Source of the DNA: Callorhinchus milii
Lineage: Eukaryota
Length of the DNA stretch: 64,000 nucleotides
Direction: 5' to 3'
Assembly (NCBI RefSeq): GCF_018977255.1
Contig: NW_024704742.1
Span: 87,980,001 to 88,044,000, forward strand
Within the stretch, counting starts at the first letter, position 1. Each line of letters opens with the position of its first letter. The translations under genes were made by a program, and so were the position numbers. The notes beneath the pieces are model-generated. The model was not told where the DNA came from. It ran no database searches and worked only from the letters and a program-made list of their open reading frames with translations. This document shows, piece by piece, positions 25,420 to 38,774 of this stretch.

Positions 25420-25837
25420 AATAATAGTCCTTGCATTTGATATAGCGTCTTTCATGTCACCTCAAAGTGCTTCACAGGATATACTGTAAAGTGGATTGAC
25501 TGTATTTTGTGGGTGAAATGTGGCAGCTGGTTTGCGCCCAGCAATGTCCCACAAACAAACATGGAGTGAGTGACCAATTTTATTTGGGGGATTTATTGGA
25601 CAGGACACTGGGAGAAAATCCCCATTCTTTTTGAATGGTGCTTTGGGATCTGTAACATCCCAGGCAGACAGGACCTCAGTTTAACACCTCATCCGAAAGT
25701 CGGCAACTCCAACAATGCCACCCTCAGTGCTGCATTGAAGTGTCTGCTTAGACTATGTGATTCCAAGTCCCAACGTGGGGCTTGAACCCACAACCTTCTG
25801 ACTCAGAGGCAAGAGTACTAACACTGAGCCAAGCTGA
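25420..25837 (-). mobile_element. Older full-length DeuSINE-like element
   Basis: tRNA-like head (tcagcttggctcagtgttag...gggttcaagccccac), a central domain with ctttcggatgaggtgttaaac, and the same L2-type tail. Confidence 0.75.
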
Positions 25838-26151
25838 TCTTCTCAGCAACACCAACATCTTTTAAAGTAAAGCTGAAAGTATTACCTTCTGCAAACCACT
25901 GCAGCACAGAATATTAACTAATATTAATATTTAAGTTCCCTGGGACACTACCCTGCGTGAAGGGCGCTAAATAAATGCAAGCTGTTGTTGCTGTTGTTGT
26001 AATGTAGAGATTGAACAAGGATCATCAACTCATTGTTTTAACTGATGTTCACCGAATCCTACCCCCCCCCCCCACCCCACCCATGCTTTTTGGGGGTTAA
26101 AAATGTTTTCCCTAATTTTAATTTCATTGAATGAACCAATTTATTTTTGGT

Positions 26152-26311
26152 CAAAATGCAAAATACTGCAGATGCTGGAAATGTGAAACAGAAACAGAAG
26201 TCGCTGGGAACACTCAGCAGGTCAGGCAGCATCTATGGATCTGAAACATTGACTCACTTTCCATTCTCCATAGATGCTGCCTGACCTGCTGAGTGTTCCC
26301 AGCGACTTCTG
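26152..26311. mobile_element. Second Penelope-like inverted-repeat insertion with a 14-bp target-site duplication
   Basis: Arms are cagaagtcgctgggaacactcagcaggtcaggcagcatctatgga and its reverse complement. aatttatttttggt is at both 26138-26151 and 26312-26325. Confidence 0.8.
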
Positions 26312-29024
26312 AATTTATTTTTGGTGTTTCCTGGAATTATGAAATCAGTTTGCACAAGCGGAAACTTGCTTGTGAAGTAACTAGGAAAACAATATAAACA
26401 TCTATAGTAATCTCGCTTTTACAAGCACGCAACTGGATCTTTTAAAGGTGCAAAAGTGTAAGACTGTAATACAGCTCTTATTTTTGTACAGTGTAAAGTC
26501 AGAGACAGAAAAAGCGACAGAAAGAGGCATAACAATAGAGATTCAGAGAGAGAGAAAGACTGATAAATTTACCTTTTGGTGGCAATTACCTCTCTCCAAT
26601 CCTCCTACATTACTGACAAAATTTTATTTTTGGTGTTGATAAACAGAAAAAGATTGAAAGGAAATAAACCCGACCCCTTCTCCCAGATAAAAAAAACAAT
26701 AAAATAACTCATCACATTCCTGTCACAGACAGGGAAACCCTCTGCTCTAAGCTGACAGGCACTGGTGAACAAATTTCTACATACTAATCATAGCCTCCCA
26801 GTTTAGAATGTATTTCTTTAATGCTGGTTTAGGCACATGAGCTGAAATGTAGATTGCTTGCAGCACGGAGTCTCTTTCTTATCTGTGCCCCAGCATGTTG
26901 TGTAAAAAAGGTGGGTAGTTGTACATTCAATTAGCAGGAATTTTGTAAAGTTTATAGTTGGTGCAGCTTTCCCAAAGTTCTCATATGCAAAAGAACCAGA
27001 AAACCTGGGTGGGTTAATCTTGCTAGCTACCGTACCATTTAGATTTGTGTAAGCTGATTTTGAGCAATATGAAAACAAAGCAATTGCAAACTGTTTCAGC
27101 TCCAAGTTTACCATCAGGTAAGATTCAGAGTTGTCAAAGAACAGAATAAATGATACATAACCCACTAAAAGCTTGGTTACAATTTGGCACAATCAAAGCG
27201 GGAAAAGGAAGAGGGAGGGAAGGAGGGGGAGAGAGAGAAGAGTGTTGTATTTGTTTCAATTAAACTTGAAGTCAGAGGACATAATTTGAGATGGGACACA
27301 AGCCAATGGTTAACAGCAGAATGAGGAGTTGCTGAGGAACATGCAAGTCTGCCAATGACTAGACTCAGCTGTTCTCCTCTGAAATAGGTAGCAATGTGGG
27401 TTTGTGCCACAGGCGGAACTACAAGTGCTTGATTGTTCTGTTTGTTTGTTTTTTAATTAATTTTTTCCCCTGAACAAAACTTTCTTCCTAAAGAAATCAG
27501 ACTGATTCTTTTCTCATTCAGTTTTCTCACTAACCCAAGAGGAAATGTGAATGTTGAGATGTTCACTCTATCCTCCCCGACAAGCCAACCACATCCTATG
27601 CTTTCTCCAAGGACTACAAGGAGGGAGTAAATTGCATTGTTGGGTCCAGAATTTTGAATGAATGAATGAAGAGTCTATCTGTCATCCATGTTTCAGTGCA
27701 GAAGAGTCATTAGGGTGGTTTATAAATTTCTTCAAATTAAATATAAGTCCAGTTTTACACTATCACGGGGCTATAACGTTACTACGCATTGAGCCCCTAA
27801 ATGTTTCTAAGTTGTCGGGCTTCGGTTCAGAGAAACCCATCAACATGGATGATATGAGCTCCTGTTATTTCCCCATTAGCAGCTCATACCCTTCAGAATA
27901 GTACATTTATCATCCATCAGAGATAAATTCCCACAGTCAAAAATTACAAAAATGCCCAAGGAATTTGAATTAAATCACAGTAAATAAAACATGACAATCA
28001 CTCCCCCCCCTACCGCCCACACCACGCTTTTCTGCCTTTTCAATCGCATTTTGAAGGTGAGAGTCTCTTTTTTATTTGTCACTGGACACCATCTGTGCTT
28101 GAGAAGGCAGGCAACCTATTCCCAGGATTCAGTCACTGGCAGATTTAAACTGGCCCCAAGGATGTATAGGAGACCAGCCAAGGAACAATTCTCTTTCCAA
28201 TTTTTTCTCTTTTGCTGTGGGATGCAATTGGCATCTGTTCAGTGCTTCCCCGCAGCAATACAACTGAGAGCTCAGCATGTGACTAATGACAGGTGGGAAG
28301 CCACAATCCACCACTCTGTGCACAATGTTGTCTCCTCTCCCCGCCGCCTTCCTCACACTGTAGAGTACAGTGCAGTGCTTCAGCGGCCTACTTTTGGACA
28401 CTATTTTCCATGCACCATAGTGCCTGATCCTAACCATCAGGAGATGCTAATTGGAGACAAAAAAAACATGTGTCTCAGTGACTGACTACCACTTAGCATT
28501 AGCAGAGAACAAGCTGGTCAGACAACAGGTCGAGAAAAGTATTAAATAACCTGCAACATAACCTCTGCTTCCAAAACAATTATGCATATTTTAACTAATT
28601 GCCTCCTTTAGATTCCTTTAGTTTGTTTCCCTCTCCCCCACCAGCCCCTGACACATTGTCAGGTAGATCAATGTTAATGCTGCATTAAAATTGGCTCCTT
28701 TTTTACTTGTGCATAATAATGCAGGTTGAATCACTTTCCCTTTCTCCCTTGTTGCTGAATAGACATTAGGTTCTTGCGTGTAGAGGATTGTAGAACGTGA
28801 GGAGGATCAATAACATTCATAATATGTCATAATATGTCACACTAATGTGATATTTAGAAGACTGTCCTTCAACCACATTGGAAAAATTGCATGTGTTTTA
28901 CCAATCCACAACCTAACAATATAAAAACCATTAGGACCGCAATTCTAATTTGTGTTGTAACAACACTGGGGCAGCAGCATCTTATAGTATAAATGATGCT
29001 TACGTTACACATCATTTACTTATA

Positions 29025-29405
29025 ATAATAACCATGTGTGTATTTGATATACTGCCTATAATGTCTCAAAACTTCTATAAAGCATAGTGACTAGTTGTTG
29101 TAGGCAAATTTAGCAGCCATTTTGCACACAGCAATATTCCACAAACAGCCACAAAGCGATCAACCAATTTTATCTGGAGGTTTGTGGGTCAGGACACCAA
29201 AATAAACCCCGTTCTTTTCAAATAGTACCATAGGATCTTTAATGTTCACTTGAACAGGCAGATGGTTTAAAGTCTCTCCAAAGGACAGCAACTCTTACAA
29301 TGAACTTTCCCCAGCATTGTATTTCAGTGTACGCCTCGATGTGAGACTTGAGCCCCCCAGCCTTCTGAACCAGCAGCAACAATGCTACCAACTGAGTCAG
29401 GCTAA
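29025..29405 (-). mobile_element. Diverged DeuSINE-like element
   Basis: Collinear with the 25420-25837 copy. Further fragments lie near 21720-22010, 37905-38080, 50830-51015 and 52690-52760. Confidence 0.65.
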
Positions 29406-29917
29406 CAATATTCATAGTTAAGGGCTATTAAAGTTGTTTTTTTTACCCACAATATAAAAACCTGGGCATTTTTGGAGTCTATTTTTATGTTTAAAAAAAA
29501 GGGGAGAATATTGGGAGAAACGAGGGAATTGACCCAACAAAAAACTTGGATAAATTTGATGATTATCAGGATTTATTTTGGAACATTAAAAAAAACTCAA
29601 CAAAATGGTTGTCCTTTTGGGGAACATAATTACTGATAGAGGAGAGAGCTGATTATCCACATTAATTGGGTTTGGTTCCATTTTAGATAACCAAACAGTG
29701 TGGATAATGGACACCATACAAAATCTAAATTGTTTACAGCACCAACTATACATGATGTATGATTATAGGAGATAGCTTATAAATATGTAAACAAACATGT
29801 TTATAAGTTCTATTTGGAATTATATTGTCACTATAGTATAACATCAGTGTGCATTTATATAGCACTCACCAGGTAGGATAAAGTCTCAGTAGTACCACAA
29901 TACCATACTGTGCCTGC

Positions 29918-29918
29918 C

Positions 29919-29969
<51 letters not shown>
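29918..29969. repeat. Compound (CT)n(CA)n microsatellite
   Basis: Seen directly. Confidence 0.95.
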
Positions 29970-30119
29970 ATCTGAACCTCTCTCCAATTTTCTTTTTTTT
30001 TATATGACCTTTTCTATCTCGAATTCTGTACTGTACAAAAGTAATTATTAAATAACATTACAGCAAAAGAAATCTATTGTGCACATGGGTGCAAGGTTAT
30101 TTAGAACACTTAAATCAGA

Positions 30120-30770
30120 GGCTTGATGAGCAGTGTCTGAAGACATGGCTCCTGATGGTGGAGAGGAGGGGACAAGGAATGTTCCAAGAGGCTGGAGCCA
30201 GCTGAGCAACAAGGACAGGTGGAGGAGTGAGTGTAAGCGGGTCAGAGAGGTAGGGAGATACCAGGGAATGAAGTAATTTTTACACGATTGTGAGGATCTT
30301 GAAATCGATCCGTTCTGCAATAGGTAGGCCGTGGAGTCTTGCAAGGACTGGGCTGATAAGGGTGCAGAGTCTGATGTTGGTGAGGTTACCGGTGACAGAG
30401 TTTTGAATGAATTAGATTTTATGAATGGTGGAGCTGGGGAGACCAGCAAGGAGGGCAATGGAATAATTGAGGTGGGAAGTGATGAATGTGTGGATAAGAG
30501 TTTGAGCTAAGTTGGGTGTGAGGTATGGTCGGAGGTGGGTATGTAGCAGAAGTGGAAGAAAGTGGTCTTGGTCAGGAACCGGCTGTGGGGTAGGAAAGGT
30601 ACCTGGGGATCGAAGGTTCCCTGGGTTGTGCACTGGTTCAGCAAGTCTGAGGGATAGACTGGGAAAGTTAAGGAGGTCCGAAGCCACAAACAGTAAGACG
30701 TTGACAGGAACCAAGGAGGATAGCTTCCGTCTTGTCAACATTCGGAGTAAGTGGTCATCTCAATGTTGAC
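30120..30770 (-). mobile_element. Degenerate L2 LINE fragment
   Basis: LRPYLTPNLAQTLIHTFITSHLNYSIALLAGLP matches the L2 ORF2 C-terminal region. Confidence 0.85.
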
Positions 30771-30857
30771 CATGGTTTTGGCCACCCTTCCCTTCTTCAG
30801 CTTCCCGTCACCCTCCCCACTCCCCAGTTCAAGTTTCCAGTCAGTCCATACAAAACA

Positions 30858-31238
30858 TAATAATAAAAGTAATCCTCATATTTGATATAGCGCCTTATCA
30901 CGTCTTCCAATCGTCTCAAAGCGCTTCATGGAGATTACTGTGAAGTGAGTTGACTGTATATTTTGTGGGTGAAATTGCAACCAATTGTGCACAGAGAGTA
31001 TCCCACAAACAGTTGTGGATTGAATAACCAAATTATTTAAATTTTATTTTGAAGGACTTATTACCCCTGGAAAAATGATCCGCCAACCGACTGACAACTG
31101 ATTTGCTATTTTCTGCTATGTAAACAGAGGCGTGTGGAGTAAGGAAACTTACCCAACATTTCGCCCTGCCAGATCGGACAACAGAGAACCCAGGTCTCTT
31201 GCTTGCGAGGCGGGTGCTCTCCCACTGAGTTGCAGGAC
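30858..31238 (-). mobile_element. Full-length SINE, long form
   Basis: Tail, body and tRNA-like head are all present. Confidence 0.85.
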
Positions 31239-32627
31239 ATCTGCCCGATGTGAAAGGAGCTGTATAAATGTATGTTGTGGCTGTTGTAAACTTATCCCCA
31301 TAACTTGCAATACATATCCAGCTCTTGTTTGCAGGAGTTAATCAATGCTGCATCATCTAGTTTTGTTAGCAGTCTGTTCCATATGTGCACCCCCTCGTTT
31401 TCCTTGAGGTTTGTGCATTGTAAACCTATGTCCTCAAGCGCACAAGGAAAATTCCACCAAGCAGCTAGATGCCAGGTTAAGAGAGATAGAGAAAAAGGAG
31501 AGAGACGGCTATCTTTTCAATCACAGTTGTTTCATGGCATCACAATCAGAAATACGGAGGGAGAGAAAGTAACTTGGAAAAGAATAGATAAATAGACAGT
31601 GAATGCATCTACATCCTCACTATAAAAAAAACCTTCAAATGATGGTTCTATAATCCATAGAATGTGTAGCGTCGGGTACCAAAGTTCACCTCCTTGTTAT
31701 AAACACAGAGGAAAAGAATGCAATTAGGGTGGCCTAGTTATTTTGCACTGAGGAGCTGTGATTCATTTACTGTAAAAATGTACAAGAAAACTAAGCAAAT
31801 TCATATTCCATTTCCTGAAGTTCGTTAAATTCATCAGAAATGCAAGCAATTAACCATTTTCAGCACTGTTCTGATGCATAACATTGTAATCAGGTTAAAA
31901 TGTATATAATAACGTGTGCAAATTATATTGATGTTAAACGGGAATCTGAATGAGAGGAGTAATATGGAACACAATCTGCCTTTCTTCCTTCGTCTAACCA
32001 TCTCTCAATCCTCATCAATTTTGCGTAAGAGCAGCTTTTCTGAGATTCCGTTTGGTACTCGGTGCCTTGTTCTTTTGGAGTGGGAGATGATTTGAGGAGC
32101 TGTATCACAATGATACTTTGTTTCCCAGTGCAAATTAAACCTTTGCTTTGAACTTCAGTGAACACAAATAGCAACTGCAATCTGCCTACTTCCAGAATTG
32201 CCAACATAATTAAACATAGAATAACTAGAAAGATTACAATTGTTTACCTAGTTATTAAAAACATGGCAGACTGAAATGACAGATTTGAAATTGGAATTTT
32301 TTGAAACATCAGTTTTCATCCTCCTTCAGTAAACTTATAAAGGCTTTAAAGAGGATACCCAAACGGGCTTTTTTTTGGGGGGTGACATTTAAACATTTCT
32401 GATTATTGTACATTAGGCACTAAATAAAAGTAAAATTTCCAGGTAAAATGTATATATACCATGAAATTACATTTCATAATACAGTTCAGTGAGTTTGTTA
32501 TCCTTTACTGTGTTCATTTAAATCCTGCTTTACCAAAGCCATGATTGCGCTGATGGGGATTAAAATTCTACCTTGTGTGCTGATAATCTCACACAGTGCA
32601 GTAATTGCTAATGAGTTCAATAAATTT

Positions 32628-32815
32628 CTCTTTGACCGAGCCTTCAGCTCCCCTCTCGACTCTCTTCCCCCTCCTCGCTCCCTCCCTTCCCTCCCCTCAC
32701 CCTGACCATTTCCCCCCAATGCTCGGGTCCTGACCCAACTGTGCAGCGCCTTGGGACGTCCTCCTGACGTGAAAGGCGCTTTATAAATGGAATCTTGTTG
32801 TTGTTGTTGTTGTTG
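32628..32815 (+). mobile_element. Young L2 3' end with (TTG)n tail
   Basis: Nearly identical to the copies at 36279-36587 (minus) and 52870-53050 (plus). Confidence 0.88.
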
Positions 32816-33444
32816 TAAAGCAATGACATACGCGTAACCACTATGGGATGTTTCAGGACAAAAAAATCTTTTACATTTGCTCTTGGAATTACTTCTTACA
32901 AAGTTCCATACTACGTTGCTAAGACTTTTCAGGGCTGAGATCTGTGTTAGTATTTGATTTCTAATAACTGATATAGCATTGCGTATTACAGTAAACTCCT
33001 GATAGCTCCACCCTGACTTAACTTGTCACTGCCACTGCTGGAAATATCTCATCCGCATTAATTTAGATCTGAAAGATCTGAACCAGTATCTGAAATGAGC
33101 TCAGATTACGCTATGTCCATCTGATTGAGAATCTCAAAGAAAAAAAACATACAATATATTATTTAGTTTCGATTCCATCCCCAAATGACAGTTAAAAAAT
33201 GTGCACTGCACAGTTTCTGCCACTGGAGGCCGCTAATGAACCAAGCAACTATTCCTTCAACTCCCAATGGCAGAAATCAGGAGCTGTTCTCTCAACAGTT
33301 TGCCAAGGTATACCTTTGGGTAGGTAACAGATTAAACTTGATAATATCAAGTCATGATAATCACAGAAATAAGGACAAAAACACATTTTATGCCAACTTG
33401 TGGGAACTCCACTTCACACAATTGACGAGTGGGGTTTCCCCGTT

Positions 33445-33690
33445 CTCACCTTCACCCCCCACCTCTCCGACCTCCTAACCTCATATCAGCCTGTCCGCTC
33501 CCTCTGCTCGGCGGACACACCGGCCTGCTTCAGCTCCCCCGCACTTCCCGCCTTACCATTGGTGATCGAGCGTTCAGCATCTCTGCCCCCACACTCTGGA
33601 ACAGCACATGTGGAGTGAGTCAACCGTCTGCCCACACCCATGCAATTCCTCCGCCTCACCCCCTCTCTTGCCTCCTTCAAATGACGCTTG
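33445..33690 (+). mobile_element. L2 3' ORF fragment
   Basis: IGDRAFSISAPTLWNS motif. Confidence 0.8.
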
Positions 33691-33994
33691 AGGAATATAT
33701 CCCAATAGAATCAGAAATACTTTAGTAGTGCTGAGAAGAAAACAACACTGCACTGTAGGAGAGTGTCCACATAATGGAGTCAAAGTAGCCACTATGCAAC
33801 AATCATTAATAATATTTCAGCTATATTCAGAGTTAGTATTACAGATAGGTTGGCGGTGTCACTTCCCTTTGCTGAAGAACAAGCTGGAGTAATCACACTG
33901 CTCAAGAATCAGCCTTAATTCAGGCTCTTTTGTGTATTTTATCAACAGGTTTCTTTGTGTAATTTAGAAATGAATGTGTGATCCAAATGACTAA

Positions 33995-34700
33995 ATCATA
34001 GAATCATACAGCACAGAAGGTCATTCGGCCCATCGTGCCCGTGCCGGCTCTTTGAAAAGAGCCACCCAAATCCAACCACTTACCCCGCTCTCTCCCCATA
34101 GCCCTGCAAACTTGTCCTCCCCAAATAATTATCGACTCTCTTAACAGTTGTTATCGAATCGGCTTCCACCACCATTCCAGATCTGAACAACTCGCTGAAA
34201 AAAGTGAAAAAAATTCTCCTCGCCTCCCCTCTGTTTCTTTTACAACTATTTTAAATTTGTGTCCTCGAGTTACCGACCCACCCGCCAGTGGAAGTAGTTT
34301 CTCCTTGTTCACCCTATTGAATCCCCTCATAATTTTGAAAACTTCTATTAAGTCTCCTGTTAACCTCCTCTGCTCCACGAGAATAAATCCTGGCTTCTCT
34401 AGTATCTCCTGATAACTGAAGTCCCTCATTCCTGGTAAATCTCCTTTGCAGCCTCTCCAATGCCTTGACATCCTTCCTAAAGTGTAGTACCCAGAACTGA
34501 ACACAGTCGCTAGCTGGGGCTTAACCAGTGTTTTATAAAGGTTCATCATAACTTCCTGACTTTTGTATTCTATGCCCCTGTTTATAAAGCCTAATTTGCT
34601 TTTTAACAGCTTTATCTACCTGTCTTGCCATCTTCAAAGATTTACTTATGAACCCCCAAGTCTCTCTGTTCCTTTACCCCTTTTACCCCTAGCTTATATT
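33995..34700 (-). mobile_element. CR1 LINE 3' fragment
   Basis: LYKTLVKPQL, EQRRLTGDLIEVFKIMRG and TRGHKFK, followed by a CR1 3'UTR. Confidence 0.88.
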
Positions 34701-34709
34701 GCCTATATA

Positions 34710-35330
34710 TACAACAAAATTACATTTATAGAGCGCCTTTCACATCGGGAGGATGTCCGGGGCCCGAGCATGGGGGAGGGATGGTGTAGGGGTGAAGGAA
34801 AGCAGAGAGGTGGGAGGGCGACCAAAAGCACGATCGAAGAGACTGGCCTTGAAGGAGGCAAGGGAGGAAGCGAGGCGAAGGGACCGTGGGATGGAATTCC
34901 ACAGTGTGGGGGCAGAGAGGCTGAACGCCCAGATGCCGATGGCAGGGCGGGTTGGGCGGGAGACATGGAGCAGGCTGGAGTCCGCCAAATGGAGGGTGCG
35001 GGCAGGTTGGTAGGGAGTCAGCAGGTCAGAGAGGTAGGAGGAGGCCTTGAAAGTGAGGACGAGGATCTAATAATCCCTCCAAAACAAAAACAATAATAAA
35101 TTGGTCATTTTCAATCCACGACTGCTTGTGGGACACTGCTGTGCGCAATTGGCTGCCGTGTTTCGCCCACAAATATACAGTCAATTCATTTTACAGTCTA
35201 TTCTGTGAAGTGCTTTGAGTTGTCAAGAAGACGTGAAAAGCGCTATATCAAATGCAAGGATTATTATTAAACTCGATCCTCTGGGGGATGGGAAGCCAGT
35301 GGAGTCGGGCGAGGGTGGAAGTGATGGGTC
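34710..35330 (-). mobile_element. L2 3' end interrupted by a plus-strand SINE (about 35068-35268)
   Basis: AFSLSAPTLWNSIP...SFKASL; L2 sequence resumes after the SINE (TTA)n tail. Confidence 0.85.
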
Positions 35331-35334
35331 CATC

Positions 35335-36040
35335 TACTACCCTACTTCCTTCAGCTAAATGTTGACAAGACGGAAGCCATATTCTTTAGCTCTCGTCAAC
35401 ATCTAAAATCACATGGTTCTCATCTCCTCCACCTACCCAACCTCCCTCTAAAACTCTCCGAACCCGTACGCAACCTAGGTTCTACCATCAGTTATCCTTC
35501 CTCCCCCACATCCGGTCCCTCACCAGCACCGCTTTCTTCCACCTATGACGCATCCCTAGTCTCCGTCATTACCTCACTCCAAAAGCCGTTGAAACCCTGG
35601 TCCATGCCTTTGTCACCTCTCGGTTGGACTATTCAAACGCCCTCCTCGCCGGTCTCCCCTCCACTACCATTCATAAAATCCAGGTCATCCAAAACTCTGC
35701 CGCTTGCATTCTTACCCGCACCAAACTCCGCTCCCCGATTACCCCAGTCCTTGCCAGACTGCACTGGCTGCCTGTCCCAGAGACGATTGACTTCAAGATC
35801 CGCACCCCTGTCTTCAAATCTCTCCACTCCTCTGCACCTCCCAACCTTTCTGACCTCCTCTTTGCCTCACCCCTCTCTTCCTATTTTCAGGTCTCGGCAG
35901 TAGACCTTTCTTTTCGACCGCGCCTTTGGTCACCTTCCTCCCCCTTCCCCTGGCTCGGCCCTGAGATCCGTTACTGTGAAGCGCTCTGAGACACCGTCCG
36001 ACATGGAGGGCACTAAATAAATCCAAGATGTTGTTGTTGA
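35335..36040 (+). mobile_element. L2 LINE 3' fragment
   Basis: DYSNALLAGLP...QVIQNSAA.ILT...ITPVLARLHWLPV...FKI. Confidence 0.9.
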
Positions 36041-36041
36041 T

Positions 36042-37880
36042 GATGTTAGGCTGATTGGCCTGTAGTTCTCAGGTTTTATCCTTCTGTCCCTTTTTGTAAA
36101 GGGGAGTAACATTTGCAACCTTTCAATCCTCTGGCACCACTCCAGTGTCCAAAGACAATTGAAAGATTGTGGCCAGAACATCCGTTATTTCCACACTTGC
36201 ATCCCCCAGTAACCTTGGATGCATCCCTTCCAGACCAGGTGGCTTATCTCTGTTGAGCACTGGCAGCCTTTTTAGTACAACAATAACAACAAGATTCCAT
36301 TTATAAAGCGCCTTTCACGTCAGGAGGACGTCCCAAGGCGCTGCACAGTTGGGTCATGACCCGAGCAGGGGGGAATGGTCAGGGTGAGGGGAGGGAAGGG
36401 AGGGAGCGAGGAGGGGGAAATGGTCAGGGTGAGGGGAGGGAAGGGAGGGAGCGAGGAGGGGGAAGAGAGTCGAGAGGGGAGCTGAAGGCACGGTCAAAGA
36501 GAAAGGTTTTGAGACCGGCCTTGAAGGAGGAAAGGGAGGAAGCAAGGCGAAGGCACTGGGGGATGGAGTTCCAGAGCCTCGGGGCTGAGTACTTCCTCTC
36601 CGTTGATTTTTATCATATCCAATTTCTGTTCACACGCCTGCGATACTTTGGCATTGATTTCATCGACTTCTTTTGTGAGGACAGTTACAAAGTACTTATT
36701 TAGTACATCAGCCATGTCCTCTGCCTCAACAAGAAGATTTCCACTAGGGTCCCTATTTGGACTCGCCCTACCTTTGACTAGCCTTTTACTCTTGATATGC
36801 TTATAAAATACCTTAGGGTTCCCTTTTATGATTCCAGCTAATTTTTTCTCGTACAATCTCTTTGCCCCTCTTATTTCCCTTTTCACTTCTTCTCTGTACT
36901 CCCTATATTCTATTTGATTATCCTGTGTGTTTCGACCTGACATTTGTCATAAGCCTCCTTCTTCTATTTTATTTTAATCCCAATTTCCTTAGTCATCGAG
37001 GGAAATTTGACTGTTCAACTTTGTGGGAATGTATTTGCTCTGTCCCCGAACTATCTCTTCCTTGAAGGCTTCCCATTGCTCATTTTCTGTTTTACCTGCC
37101 AATCTTTCTTTCCAATCTATCTTGGCTATCTCCCTTTTTAGCTCACTGAAATTAGCCCGCTTCCAGTTGAGGGTCTTTACCTTTGATTGATTGTTGTCCT
37201 TTTCCATAACTATTCTAAAACTAATGATATTATGATCACTGCTATCCAGATGCTCTCCTACTGAAACCTGCTCCACTTGCCCCATTTAATTTCCCAGAAC
37301 TAAATCCAGCACTGCTTCTTTCCTTGTTGGGCTGGAGACATGCTGATCCAGAAAGTTCTCCTGCACACATTTCAGGAATTCCTCCCCCTCCTTGCCCTTT
37401 ATACTGTACGTTTCCCAATCTATGTTAGGATAATTGAAGTCCCCCATTATCACTATTCTATTGATTTTGCATCTCTCCGAAATCTGCTTGCAGATTTGCT
37501 CATCTATCTCCTTCCCACTATTTGGAGAGTAAATACCTAACAGAGTAACAGCTCCTTTTCTGCTCCATAACTCTAACCAAATAGATTCAGTTTTTGGCCC
37601 CTCTAACACATCGTCTTTTTCCAGGACCGTGACAGTGTCCCTAATGAGTATTGCTACCCCTCCTCCTTTTTTCTTTTCCCTATCCCTCCTGAATAGGTTG
37701 TAGCCAGGAATATTCAGCTCCCATTCCTGTCCTTGCTTGAGTCAAGTCTCCGTAATTGCCACTACATCATAGCCCCATGTGGCAACTTGAACCGCAGCTC
37801 ACCAAGCTTATTGGTCACGCTCCGTGCATTTACACACATGCACTCCAATACCGGCTTAATCTGCTCTACATTTCTCCCCC
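36042..37880 (-). mobile_element. CR1 LINE ORF2 5' part (APE endonuclease to the start of RT), interrupted by an L2 3' end at 36279-36587
   Basis: ESIWLEL, IVIMGDFNYPNIDW, PTRKEAVLDLVL, SDHNII.F, NPKVFYKHI and PENYRPISLTS. agtac is duplicated around the insert. Confidence 0.92.
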
Positions 37881-38774
37881 AACTCTTTCCACTTTTTGCT
37901 GGACTATTCCTTGCACTTGATATTGCACCTTTCTTCACAAGACATATTGTGAACTTTTTTTTAATTTTAAGTGAGTGACCAATTTTATTTGAGGAGCCTG
38001 TTGGTCAGGACACCATGCAAATAATTCTTTTTTTGAATAGTGCCATGGGATCTTTAGAAATCTGAACAGGCAGATAGGACTTGTATAGAATGAGAGAAGG
38101 TCAGTTAGCCGAACCAGCCTCTTTTTTCCAATTCACCAAATGTAATTTATATACCTGTGGAGGCAAATAATCCCCAATAAAATTTAAGATTGTGAAGCTC
38201 TGAAATTCCTCATCGATTTCTTCTTGAAGGTGATTCAAGTGAAAATTTTAGGATATTAAACCTAATACCACATTTAACATGATAATACTCTGATCACTTG
38301 CATCTCACAAAACAAGTGTTATACTTCCAGCATTACAGGAATAATCACACTTCACAGAACAAGAATATAAGAAAGGATGTAATAAGAAAATGCCAGGCTC
38401 TGCAAAGCCTATACTACAATGGATTCCACACCACCTAGTCTCCTGGAGGAACATTCTGCATTGATACCTGCTGATCCCCTATGGTAATGAACAAAAATAT
38501 TCTCCAATTAATTTACTTCAACTATTATACCCCATTCAACTACCTCCTCAGACTGCTGTTAATATCAGTCTGTGCTTAACCTTATATTCCTGACACCAAG
38601 ATTAGACTTATCCAGGTTTCATTACATAAACAAACCAATGCTTTTATTAGAGTCCACTCTATTTATCCACTAGTCTGTGGGGAAACAAAATCTAATCTCA
38701 AGGCTTGCTTGATGCTTTTTAATTTTAAATCTCTGTTCTCTACTTTCACAATCCAGGACTAATTGTGGCTTACA

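Noticed and set aside
27991..28485. 164-aa ORF (also 3760..4281, 34563..35096 and most other short ORFs)
   Set aside because: No recognisable domain or splice structure. Many are antisense or off-frame readings of SINE/LINE sequence, for example the recurring IKCKDYYY and YSQFTLQYIL peptides.
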